DNA from: Candidatus Nanopelagicales bacterium | Lineage (GTDB): Bacteria > Actinomycetota > Actinomycetes > S36-B12 | Length of the DNA: 64,000 nt | NCBI GenBank assembly: GCA_017857175.1 | Contig: JAFMDS010000002.1 | Location: 58,704-122,703, forward strand | Reading direction: 5' to 3' | In this document: piece by piece, positions 43,874 to 52,567 of the stretch | Layout: every line of letters begins with the position of its first letter | How positions within the stretch are numbered: position 1 is the stretch's first letter | The notes under the pieces: model-generated | What the model was told of the DNA's origin: nothing | Database searches by the model: none | The model's input: the letters and a program-made list of their open reading frames with translations, nothing else | Made by a program: the position numbers and the translations under genes

Positions 43874-44752
43874 CTAGCGCGTTTGATGGAGGCAATGCTC
43901 TGACGACTTCTCTTGAACGCATGTGTCGCACATTAGGGTGAGTGTGCGACACACGAGGTCGTTGCAGTTATAAAAATTCTTTGTCGGCGCCGAGCAATAT
44001 TCGCACTCACCAATTGCAGCAATATTTTCTTCGAAGTCGATCGTCATTCGGCGATCAAAGACGTACAGGCTGCCTTCCCATAAGCCTTTATTGCCAAATG
44101 CCTCACCGTATTTCACGATTCCACCCTCAAGTTGATAAACCTCAGCAAAACCGCGATTCTTCATGGCACTGCTCAGGATTTCACAGCGAATGCCACCTGT
44201 GCAGTAGGTGACGACAGGCTTCTCTTTCAGGTGATCGTATTTGCCACTCTCAATTTCCCGAATAAAGTCATGTGTAGTTGCCGTATCTGGGACTATCGCA
44301 TTCTTGAACTTTCCAATTTTCGATTCGAAAGCGTTTCGACCATCGAGGAAAACAAGTTCATCACCGCGTGCTTCAACCAGTTCATGTAAGGCGGCAGGGG
44401 AGAGGTGTTCACCGCCACCAACTACGCCGTCTTCATTCACCTCTAGTTCGTGTGGGATTCCAAACGCCACAACTTCCTGGCGTACTTTAACTTTCAAACC
44501 AGGGAAGTCATCACGATGTCCATCAGACCACTTGAACTCAATGCCCTTAAACGGTGGGTACGCCTTGGTGGCTTTGATGTAGGTGAGCAGTGATTCTACC
44601 TCGCCGCCTACGGTCCCATTGATGCCATGCTGAGAGACCAAGATCCTTCCCCGCAAATTGAGACGATCGCAGAGTTCACGCTGCCACAAACGAATTGCCT
44701 GGGGGTCAGCAAGTGGTCGAAAGATGTAGTAGAGCAGAATCTTGTGAGGCAC
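43874..44752 (-). CDS. trhO: rhodanese-domain protein of the UPF0176 family (TrhO/YceA-like, tRNA U34 hydroxylase)
   Basis: The 292-aa protein starts with KILLYYIF and has INGTVGG. The rhodanese active-site loop YCTGGIRCE is present, and a C-terminal Cys-rich tail follows (CEYC..C.C..C). Confidence 0.82.
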   Translation of the reverse strand: MPHKILLYYIFRPLADPQAIRLWQRELCDRLNLRGRILVSQHGINGTVGGEVESLLTYIKATKAYPPFKGIEFKWSDGHRDDFPGLKVKVRQEVVAFGIPHELEVNEDGVVGGGEHLSPAALHELVEARGDELVFLDGRNAFESKIGKFKNAIVPDTATTHDFIREIESGKYDHLKEKPVVTYCTGGIRCEILSSAMKNRGFAEVYQLEGGIVKYGEAFGNKGLWEGSLYVFDRRMTIDFEENIAAIGECEYCSAPTKNFYNCNDLVCRTLTLMCDTCVQEKSSEHCLHQTR

Positions 44753-45237
44753 CCAACCACTTTAATGTGAGCCATCGACCGCTATCGGCTGGAGATCAAA
44801 AAGCACACTTTCAAGGCCTAGACGGTTGAGGTCTAGAGGGTTGAGGACACCGAGCGCAGCTGCGTTCATCACAATTTATCCAACTAAGGTGAAAGTGACG
44901 CACCCCCCAACTTGGAGTGCATGCCCATCGACTAGGGCAAGTGTCTGCGGCTCACTCCTGAGACTTCAGCCCTCAGAGTTTATGGACAAGGGCTGATAAT
45001 TAAGTGCTTCTCATCAGCCCGAAGCCTCACACTACCTTGCGATTCACGAAATCAAGAAGTTACTAAATCGATATACTAAATTTCAGAAAAGGCACACGAT
45101 CTCGCAGAAATTCCCATAATCTTTGCGACGCACGTCAGTTTTGTGAGTAAAACGGTACGTTGAAATGAAGAAATAAACATTTCGGGCATTACTTAATCAA
45201 TTTAGTGCCTGACATCCAATAAGGCTATGGAGGTCTA
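44753..45237. other. 485-bp non-coding, AT-rich divergent intergenic region at the core/accessory junction
   Basis: No ORF of 60 aa or more occurs on either strand. All other intergenic gaps in the window are under 140 bp, apart from the riboswitch leader. The region contains hairpins (44818-44836, 45000-45030), the 10-bp palindrome CGCAGCTGCG (44855-44864), and a repeated ACTAAAT motif (45062, 45075, and inverted at 45200). Confidence 0.7.
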
Positions 45238-46593
45238 GTGGAAATCAATAAGTTAGGAAAAAGGGCTGCGGCCCTTGCAATCGCGCTGAGCCTGACGGGT
45301 CTCGCGGCTTGTAGTTCGAGTTCTGACACGACGTCAGAGGAATCCGCAGCGGAGACATCGGCCGCGGAAACTGCTTCGGAGGCTGCCTCAGAGGATACGG
45401 CCACTGAGGCTGGTGGCACCTGTATCAACGAGATTTTCGGACCCGGTGGCGAAGCTGCTGGTGAGGGTGTGACCCTGAATGGTGGCATGTTGCTCGCTAT
45501 GACGGGAGCAGGCTCATTCTTCGGAGACGTTATGAGCAAGGGTGCCCAATTGGCAGCTGATCAAATTCGTGAAGCCGGTGGAATGGATTACCAAATCACG
45601 ATCGCGGATCACAACAATGGTGATGTGCCCACTGCTCTAACGGAAGTTAAGCGAATGATCTCACAGGATGACATTCGTGTTCTTCAGACTTCCTATGGTG
45701 CACCTTCAGAGGCAATTGCGCCGTTGATCGCTGAAGCGCCCGTATTGACCCTAAATGGTGGCGGATCGAGCCCCGGCCAGTTGAGTAAGGATTTCTTGTG
45801 GCAAAACCGTATGGTCTTTGCTGAAGATCCTGCGGCAGGTGCGCTCGCATGGATTCATCAGCAATACCCGGACGCAAAGACCTTGGCATTGATCGGTACC
45901 CAAGAGAACGGCGTCGGAGTATTCCAAGAGACTGCGCCAAATGCATGGGCAAAGTTGACCGGTGGAGAAGTAGTTGTTGCCGAACAGCACAATGTTGGCG
46001 ACACCGACTTTAAGGGTATCGCTTCCAAGATCAAGTCAGCTGGAGCAGATGCGATTCTTTCTGTTAGCTTCGGCGATGACCTGGGTTACCAGGTGAAGGC
46101 GGTACGTGAAGCTGGGATTGAAGTTCCTTTCATGGGAATCGAGTTCACAGGTCAAGCAGCAAGCATTGCAGGCTCAACCTACGACACATTCAATTTCGCA
46201 ACTGACTTCTACAATACCGAGAATCCGAATCCTTGGAACCAGTGCTTCGTCGAGGCCTACCAGGCTAAATACGGCGAGGATCCTGAATACTACGGCTCCA
46301 ATTACTACGAGCAAGTATTCATCTTCTGGGATTTGGTTAAGCGTGTTATTGCGGCAGGTGGAGATCCCACAGATCCCACACAGTTGCAGGATGCGTTGAT
46401 CGCAGACCCGAACTTCAAGTCTGTCTATGGCGGAAGTGACACGGTTGTTGGTGAAGTGACCTTGGACACCAATGACCACTCAATTTCAAAGCCAATGGGT
46501 GTGTTCTCGGTATCCAATGGAACACCAGTGCTGGAGCAGGAGATCCGAAAGGTATCACCAGCTGATGATCCCAATTCAGCTCTAGTCCAGTAA
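45238..46593 (+). CDS. ABC transporter substrate-binding lipoprotein, type I PBP (LivK / amide-binding family)
   Basis: The signal peptide ends in the lipobox LAAC. A Ser/Glu/Thr/Ala-rich linker follows, then a roughly 390-aa domain with the Liv-type pattern (GMLLAMTGAGSFFG..GAQLAADQIREAGG). It precedes livH-, livM-, livG- and livF-like genes. GGAGG lies 5 bp upstream of the GTG start. Confidence 0.85.
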   Translation: MEINKLGKRAAALAIALSLTGLAACSSSSDTTSEESAAETSAAETASEAASEDTATEAGGTCINEIFGPGGEAAGEGVTLNGGMLLAMTGAGSFFGDVMSKGAQLAADQIREAGGMDYQITIADHNNGDVPTALTEVKRMISQDDIRVLQTSYGAPSEAIAPLIAEAPVLTLNGGGSSPGQLSKDFLWQNRMVFAEDPAAGALAWIHQQYPDAKTLALIGTQENGVGVFQETAPNAWAKLTGGEVVVAEQHNVGDTDFKGIASKIKSAGADAILSVSFGDDLGYQVKAVREAGIEVPFMGIEFTGQAASIAGSTYDTFNFATDFYNTENPNPWNQCFVEAYQAKYGEDPEYYGSNYYEQVFIFWDLVKRVIAAGGDPTDPTQLQDALIADPNFKSVYGGSDTVVGEVTLDTNDHSISKPMGVFSVSNGTPVLEQEIRKVSPADDPNSALVQ

Positions 46594-46627
46594 TCCATTA
46601 AGTCGACGACGAAGGGGATAGTGAAGC

Positions 46628-47533
46628 GTGAATTTTGAACTATTGGCCCAATTGACAATTGCAGGTATTGTCCTTGGTTCCTTTTACGCATTGCTCGGTG
46701 TGAGTTTCGGTCTGGTTTACCAGACATCGAAAATCTTTCACCTTGCTAACGCTATCCCCTTCGCTGCCGGCGGATATGGAGCAGTTTGGTCGGCAGAGGT
46801 TCTCCATCTGCCGTTGTTTGTGGCGCTGGCCTTCGGGCTCTTGATGGCCGTTGTATTCGGTCTGCTTATTCTCTTTCTGGGTTACTTTCCAGTGATGCGC
46901 AGAAATGGAGCCCTGCTCTCACTCTTCCTCGTTTCATTAGGCATTACGGTGGCATTTCCAAACTTGTTACAGATTGTGTTTGGAACCGAAAATATTCCAT
47001 TACGAACTTATAATTCCGAAGGTGAATTGAGTAGTGCTTTTGACAACAGAGTTTTCAGTTCTGGGTTTCTCACAATTACGCTAATCGATGTCCTAAAAAT
47101 TATCGTCTCATGGGTGTTGATTATTGCTGTCGTTGTCTTTGTTAAAAGAACTAGATCCGGTCGCTCGATAACGGCACTTCGAACAAACCCGACGATGGCA
47201 ACAGCGGTAGGAATCGACAGGAAACGCGTTTACATATTGGTTTTTGCTCTTGGGTCATTTCTCGCAGGCGTTGCAGGACTCTTTGTGACCGCTGAATTTG
47301 TCGCCTCGCCCGTGATGGCTCTCCAATGGACAATCGTTGGCTTCATTGCAGTCTTTTTTGGGGGCATCGGTTCGCTCGTAGGTACCGCGTTCGGTGGTTT
47401 AGTGCTCGGCTTGCTGAGTAGTTTGAGTTCCCTTTATCTACCGGTCAATTACTCACCGATTGTCGTATTTGCATCATTATTCATAATTCTGCTGATCCGC
47501 CCGCAGGGTCTATTTGGGAAGGCATCGGTCTAG
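46628..47533 (+). CDS. branched-chain amino acid-type ABC permease (LivH family)
   Basis: The 301-aa protein is polytopic. It has the conserved LivH-type segment (RSGRSITALRTNPTMATAVGI) and a hydrophobic Gly-rich C-terminus. Confidence 0.88.
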   Translation: MNFELLAQLTIAGIVLGSFYALLGVSFGLVYQTSKIFHLANAIPFAAGGYGAVWSAEVLHLPLFVALAFGLLMAVVFGLLILFLGYFPVMRRNGALLSLFLVSLGITVAFPNLLQIVFGTENIPLRTYNSEGELSSAFDNRVFSSGFLTITLIDVLKIIVSWVLIIAVVVFVKRTRSGRSITALRTNPTMATAVGIDRKRVYILVFALGSFLAGVAGLFVTAEFVASPVMALQWTIVGFIAVFFGGIGSLVGTAFGGLVLGLLSSLSSLYLPVNYSPIVVFASLFIILLIRPQGLFGKASV

Positions 47534-47535
47534 TC

Positions 47536-49332
47536 ATGGGTTACTACGCGCAAATTGCAATCAATATCTTGATCCTCATGTCTCTCGCAGTCTCATTGAA
47601 CCTGCTGCTCGGGTATGCAGGAAGAGTTTCGATGGCGCAGGCGGTGCTTTTCGGAATCGGGGCTTTCACGGCCGCGCGCTTAGTTCTGCCCAAGGCAGAC
47701 GCTTCGAGTGCAGTGGCTGCATCTGGTATCAACTATGGTTTGGGATGGCACTGGCTTCCTGCGACTGTTGTGGCCATCGGTGTCACCTTTGTGGCCGCGC
47801 TCATAATTTCTCTGCCAGCGATTCGCCTCATTAAAGGTGAATACCTGATCCTGTTGACGTTGGCTTTCCAACTTGGTGGTGAGCAGATTCTTAGTGTGTG
47901 GGAGGGCTTCACAGGTGGCCCCTTTGGTGTAGCAGGCATTCCACCGCTGAAAATTGGTGACACGTCATTCTCCACCCTTCGTGAATCTGGAACGATCCTG
48001 TACGCAGGCCTAATGCTGGTTATCACGATTATTGTTATCTTGATTTCCTGGGGCCTTGGCGAATCGCCATTTGGTCGACTCTTGAAAACGATTCGTGGTA
48101 ACGAGACGCTTCTTCCGAGTCTAGGCAAGAATCCAATCCGACCGGAATTGCTCACCTTTGGAATCACAGCTGCAATTGCTGGAGGGATTGGAGCCTTTTT
48201 TGCCTATTCGCAGGGAGCGATGGTTCCTGGCAATTTCAGTTTGGACCTGTCAATTCTTGTCATTTCAGTTGTCGTACTCGGTGGGACAGGCAACATCGCG
48301 GGAACAATTGTTGGAGCGATCATTCTCGGGGGACTCGAACCAATTTTGCGGCAGGTCTTGGGTGATGAAGGGATTCCTTGGCAGCGAGTCATTTACGGTG
48401 CGGCACTAGTCCTCATGATGATCATTCGACCTGCTGGTCTCATTCCTGAAGGTGCATTAACTCGGATCCGAAAGCCCAAGGTTGCAAAGTCATTCGACCA
48501 GAATTTAAATGGAGCTCAAGGAATTCAGTTCGGTGACTTCACAAATAAGAGATCTAGTTCGCCGGAGGAGAATCTGAGTGAAGTCTTAGTCATCGAAGAC
48601 ATCAAAAAGTCTTTCGGGGGGTTGAGCGCCGTAGGTGGGGCGAGTTTCAGTTTGCGCAAGGGTCAAATCACTGCGCTCATTGGACCTAATGGCGCCGGTA
48701 AGACCACCATATTCAACATGATCACTGGAACTTTGAGTTGTGATTCAGGTTCCATCAAACTTCGTGGTCGAGAATTGACAGGCATGCCCACGTACGAAAT
48801 TGAACGACTTGGAATCGCGAGATCATTTCAAGATGTGCGACTCAACGAAAGCATGACAGTGCTGGACAATGTCGCGGTAGCTGTCCCGAATCAGCCGGGT
48901 GAGAAAATATTCAATCTAATTCTTCACCCTCTGAAGAGCCGCAAGGCCGAGAAAAGTGTTAATCAGATTGCTCTTGATTGTCTGGCCGTGTTGGGAGTCG
49001 CGCAGACTGCACATGAACTGGTCAGAAATTTGTCCTATGGGGATCAAAAGTTGGTGGCAATTGCGAGGCTATTGGCAACGGACTGTGACGTATTGTTGCT
49101 CGACGAACCGACGAGCGGTGTTGATCCAGGGAGTGTGAATCTCGTAATCGAGGGAGTATCGAAGTTGCGAGACCTAGGAAAGACCGTCTGTCTAGTTGAG
49201 CATTCAGTTCACTTTGTGGAACGCCTTGCCGATCACGCCATATTTCTCGACCAGGGCGTAGTTATTGCTGAAGGTACGGTGGCTGAACTCGTCTCGTCAG
49301 CCGAACTAACAGAACTCTATTTCGGGAATTAG
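47536..49332 (+). CDS. fused LivM-type permease and LivG-type ATPase
   Basis: Residues 1 to about 305 form a polytopic LivM-like permease (GYAGRVSMAQAVLFGIGAF, RLLKTIRGNE). A roughly 45-aa polar linker follows. The C-terminal ABC domain has GPNGAGKTT, LSYGDQKLVAIAR and LLLDEPTSGVD, all in one uninterrupted 598-codon frame. Confidence 0.88.
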   Translation: MGYYAQIAINILILMSLAVSLNLLLGYAGRVSMAQAVLFGIGAFTAARLVLPKADASSAVAASGINYGLGWHWLPATVVAIGVTFVAALIISLPAIRLIKGEYLILLTLAFQLGGEQILSVWEGFTGGPFGVAGIPPLKIGDTSFSTLRESGTILYAGLMLVITIIVILISWGLGESPFGRLLKTIRGNETLLPSLGKNPIRPELLTFGITAAIAGGIGAFFAYSQGAMVPGNFSLDLSILVISVVVLGGTGNIAGTIVGAIILGGLEPILRQVLGDEGIPWQRVIYGAALVLMMIIRPAGLIPEGALTRIRKPKVAKSFDQNLNGAQGIQFGDFTNKRSSSPEENLSEVLVIEDIKKSFGGLSAVGGASFSLRKGQITALIGPNGAGKTTIFNMITGTLSCDSGSIKLRGRELTGMPTYEIERLGIARSFQDVRLNESMTVLDNVAVAVPNQPGEKIFNLILHPLKSRKAEKSVNQIALDCLAVLGVAQTAHELVRNLSYGDQKLVAIARLLATDCDVLLLDEPTSGVDPGSVNLVIEGVSKLRDLGKTVCLVEHSVHFVERLADHAIFLDQGVVIAEGTVAELVSSAELTELYFGN

Positions 49333-49340
49333 GCGGCATC

Positions 49341-50063
49341 ATGACAATTGATACTCAAAGAAACGGCCTGGTAGTTCAAAATCTTTACGCGGGCTACGGT
49401 AAGCGCGACGTCATTTTCGACGTCAATATAAATGTATTGCCCGGAGAAATTGTTGGAGTCGTGGGTCATAATGGAGCGGGTAAATCGACTTTACTAAAGA
49501 GCATCTTTCGGTCCATGCCCATAGCGCGGGGTAATATCAATTTCGGGCAGCTCGATTTGACCAAAAAGACAAGTCCTTATGTGGTCGCGCAGGGCATTAG
49601 CTTCACGCCAGCCGAACTGCCTATTTTCCGCGACTTAACGGTGCAAGAGAATTTAGAGCTCGGAGCATTCTCAATAAAAAAACGTGCAACTTATTGGGAG
49701 CGTCTACACGAGGTGACCGAAATATTTCCCGTACTGGGAGAACGACTTAAGGAGACTGCGGGACGATTTTCAGGTGGTCAACAGCGACAACTTTCAATCG
49801 GAATGGCACTGATGACAAATCCAAAATTGATGATGTTGGATGAACCCTCACTGGGAATTTCACCCTCGGTTGTGCAAAAGACATTTCAGGTGATCCGCGA
49901 TCTCGCTAAAGAGCGTGATTCAAGCGTGCTGATCGTCGAACAAAATGTGAAAGCAATGACTCAAATTGCAGATCGGATCTACGTACTAAGAAACGGTGAA
50001 GTTGTCCTGGAGGAGACTCGCGAGGAAGCTTTATCTCGAGACGACTGGTGGGACCTGTTTTAA
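49341..50063 (+). CDS. LivF-type ABC transporter ATP-binding protein
   Basis: Walker A (GHNGAGKST), the signature FSGGQQRQLSIG and Walker B (MMLDEPSLGISP) are present. The length is 240 aa. Confidence 0.9.
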   Translation: MTIDTQRNGLVVQNLYAGYGKRDVIFDVNINVLPGEIVGVVGHNGAGKSTLLKSIFRSMPIARGNINFGQLDLTKKTSPYVVAQGISFTPAELPIFRDLTVQENLELGAFSIKKRATYWERLHEVTEIFPVLGERLKETAGRFSGGQQRQLSIGMALMTNPKLMMLDEPSLGISPSVVQKTFQVIRDLAKERDSSVLIVEQNVKAMTQIADRIYVLRNGEVVLEETREEALSRDDWWDLF

Positions 50064-50064
50064 A

Positions 50065-50877
50065 ATGTCAAAACAGAAAAATATGTCGTGTCACGAAAGT
50101 GGAGTGAGTACCAATCCTGCGTTGGTTCTCCTACATTCTCTTTGGCTTAATCACCACCAGTTCGATTCCTTAATATTGATGTATTCTCAAAGTTTTCATA
50201 TTTTTGCCTTCGACATTTATGGCCATGGCGATTCGCCGCCAAATAGTCCCGAGATTGAAGACTTGGGGAAAATCGCAACTCAAGTTCTTGATCAACTTGC
50301 CGTTGCGGGCATTGAGACTTTCCACATTCTGGGGCAATCGATGGGTGCAGATATCGGAGTCAGAATGGCAATTCAAGCTCCTAATCGGGTTCAGTCCATG
50401 GTATTAATTGGCAGCAGTTGCACACCTGCAAACCCAAGTCGATTGGATGTCTCTTTTGAATGGATCAACGAATTGGCCATCCAGGGTTTTACTGCAGAAG
50501 ATCTCACACGAGCATCAACCATTCTCCTCGGCGAGACTACTCGAACGAGTCCTGAAAGTAACTCTCAAGCAGTATTCGTAGATCAATTGCTTGCCAGCGT
50601 GACGCGTGATGTCATTCCAACCATGCGTGGCGTCTTTGCTCGTGCCGGGGTGTGTGAAGAATTGGATTCAGTTCATGTGCCATCACTTGTTATATCGGGT
50701 AGTGAGGACCTCGCACGACCTGTAGATCAAGGCCGAGCACTGTCCGAATGTCTCAGAAATTCACGTTTCGTCGAGTTCGACAAATGCGGCCACACACCTA
50801 TAATTGAGGCCTTTGATAGGTGCATCACCGAGATAGATAGCTTTTGGGATCAGTACCAGGTGGTCTGTCATGACTGA
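50065..50877 (+). CDS. alpha/beta-fold hydrolase (enol-lactonase-like)
   Basis: The oxyanion region LLHSLWLN, the nucleophile elbow GQSMGA, the acid region ISGSEDLARP and the histidine CGHTP are present. The ATG at 50065 lies 2 bp after the livF stop. Confidence 0.8.
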   Translation: MSKQKNMSCHESGVSTNPALVLLHSLWLNHHQFDSLILMYSQSFHIFAFDIYGHGDSPPNSPEIEDLGKIATQVLDQLAVAGIETFHILGQSMGADIGVRMAIQAPNRVQSMVLIGSSCTPANPSRLDVSFEWINELAIQGFTAEDLTRASTILLGETTRTSPESNSQAVFVDQLLASVTRDVIPTMRGVFARAGVCEELDSVHVPSLVISGSEDLARPVDQGRALSECLRNSRFVEFDKCGHTPIIEAFDRCITEIDSFWDQYQVVCHD

Positions 50878-52567
50878 CGCTGCCACGGGCTCGTCACGCG
50901 GACTTACTAGTTACGGCGATGCGGGTTTCAGTAAATTCCTCCGCGGAGTCTTTCTCGCAAGCGCTGGGTGGGATGCCCAGGATCTTGAACGGCCAATAAT
51001 AGGAATTGCGAATACGGAATCAGATTTCAACCCATGTCACCGATTGTCCCCGGCAATTATTGAGAATATAAAAAGAGGGGTCCTCGAGGCAGGTGGTGTT
51101 CCTTTTGTATTTCCAACGATAAGTCTGGGTGAAACGCTTCTCAATCCAACATCAATGTATTTGCGAAACCTCATGGCGATCGAAACTGAGGAAATGATTA
51201 AGGCGCAACCGATGGATGCAGTGGTTCTAGTCGGTGGTTGCGATAAGACTGTTCCTGCTCAAGCAATGGCTGCGATTTCCGCAGATATTCCAGCGCTTCT
51301 CGAAGTCGTTGGTCCGATGGTGACCAGTACATGGCGCGGCAATCGCTTGGGTGCCTGCACAGATTGCCGAAGGATGTGGGCAAGTCATCGCGCTGGAGAT
51401 TTAGATCAAGATGAAATTGCTGAAGTTGGAAATGCATTAGCCACCACAGGTGGAACATGCATGGTCATGGGAACTGCCTCCACAATGGCAAGTCTGATGG
51501 AGACAATAGGTTTAATGCTTCCTGGAGGGGCAACACCACCATCTCCAACTGGTGATCGGTTGCGACATGCAACGAAAACAGGGCGGGCCGCAGTGGCCCT
51601 AGCGCTCGAGGGGCGCGGACCATCGACTTTCCTATCGCGGGATTCTTTCATGAATGCTGTGACCGTGTTGGCTGCGATCGGTGGATCAACCAATGCAATC
51701 GTCCACCTACTTGCAATTGCATCGCGCGCTCAGATTGAACTGACATTAGATGACATGGAACAGACCTTCAAGAAGACACCTCTGCTCCTCGACCTTAAGC
51801 CATCGGGGGTTGGTTACATGGAGGATTTCGACCGCGCAGGCGGGGTACCTCAATTGTTGCTGCGATTGAAACCGTTACTAAAGCTTGACGCAATGGGTCC
51901 TTTGGGTCTAACGCTGGGTGAGCAATTGGAGACTGTGACATTAAAGGAGCACGACACAACTATTCGCGCGCTGGACAACCCATTACTTCCTGCACCAACA
52001 CTCGCCGTCGTTCGCGGATCATTGGCTCCCGAAGGTGCGGTGATCAAGGTCTCGGCAGCATCACCTGATCTGCTTCGCCATAAAGGACCTGCCAGAGTAT
52101 TTGACAGTGCCCAAGAGGCTTCGCTTGTGTTGAGCGATCCGGAAATCGCATTTTCGCCAGATGACGTTTTAGTCTTGAGAAACTCTGGTCCAGTCGCCGC
52201 CGGGATGCCAGAAGCAGGATCCATGGCCATTCCTAAGTCTTTGGCCATAAAGGGTGTGAAAGACATCCTCCGAGTCTCAGACGCAAGGATGAGCGGCACC
52301 TCATATGGAACGGTGGTGCTTCATTGCTCGCCTGAGAGCGTGGTTGGTGGACCGATCGGTTTAGTTCAAGATGGAGACATTATTGAGCTGGATATTGATA
52401 ATAGGTCTCTGAATTTACTGGTGAGCGAAGAAGAACTTGCCGTTCGAAGCAGTCAATTAGATGTGACACCCATGGATGACATTCGTATGAGCATTTGGCG
52501 ACGCATTTTTACCAAGCATGTTACTCAGGCTCACCTTGGAGTTGACATTGATATGGGGCAACCATGA
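50870..52567 (+). CDS. IlvD/Edd family dehydratase (sugar-acid / dihydroxy-acid dehydratase type)
   Basis: The three Fe-S cluster Cys contexts are present (DFNPCH, GGCDKTVPA, GGTCMVMGTASTM). So is the catalytic Ser region SDARMSGTSYG. The length is 565 aa, with an 8-bp overlap on the hydrolase gene. Confidence 0.9.
   Translation: MTDAATGSSRGLTSYGDAGFSKFLRGVFLASAGWDAQDLERPIIGIANTESDFNPCHRLSPAIIENIKRGVLEAGGVPFVFPTISLGETLLNPTSMYLRNLMAIETEEMIKAQPMDAVVLVGGCDKTVPAQAMAAISADIPALLEVVGPMVTSTWRGNRLGACTDCRRMWASHRAGDLDQDEIAEVGNALATTGGTCMVMGTASTMASLMETIGLMLPGGATPPSPTGDRLRHATKTGRAAVALALEGRGPSTFLSRDSFMNAVTVLAAIGGSTNAIVHLLAIASRAQIELTLDDMEQTFKKTPLLLDLKPSGVGYMEDFDRAGGVPQLLLRLKPLLKLDAMGPLGLTLGEQLETVTLKEHDTTIRALDNPLLPAPTLAVVRGSLAPEGAVIKVSAASPDLLRHKGPARVFDSAQEASLVLSDPEIAFSPDDVLVLRNSGPVAAGMPEAGSMAIPKSLAIKGVKDILRVSDARMSGTSYGTVVLHCSPESVVGGPIGLVQDGDIIELDIDNRSLNLLVSEEELAVRSSQLDVTPMDDIRMSIWRRIFTKHVTQAHLGVDIDMGQP

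Noticed and set aside
44753-45237. A possible tRNA, integrase attachment site or mobile-element remnant at the core/accessory junction
   Set aside because: I could not find a cloverleaf-compatible sequence or a GTTCGAATC-type T-loop. No transposase, integrase or recombinase ORF occurs anywhere in the window, and no terminal inverted repeats are visible. Island status therefore rests only on gene content and the long spacer.
45225-45539. A 104-aa minus-strand ORF at the start of the catabolic block
   Set aside because: It is antisense to the signal peptide and acidic linker of the binding protein. Its Ala/Ser/Pro-rich translation simply mirrors that low-complexity region.
47514-47834. A 106-aa plus-strand ORF spanning the livH/livM junction
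   Set aside because: It lies in an alternative frame overlapping two well-supported permease genes. Its Arg/Cys/Gly-rich translation is not protein-like.
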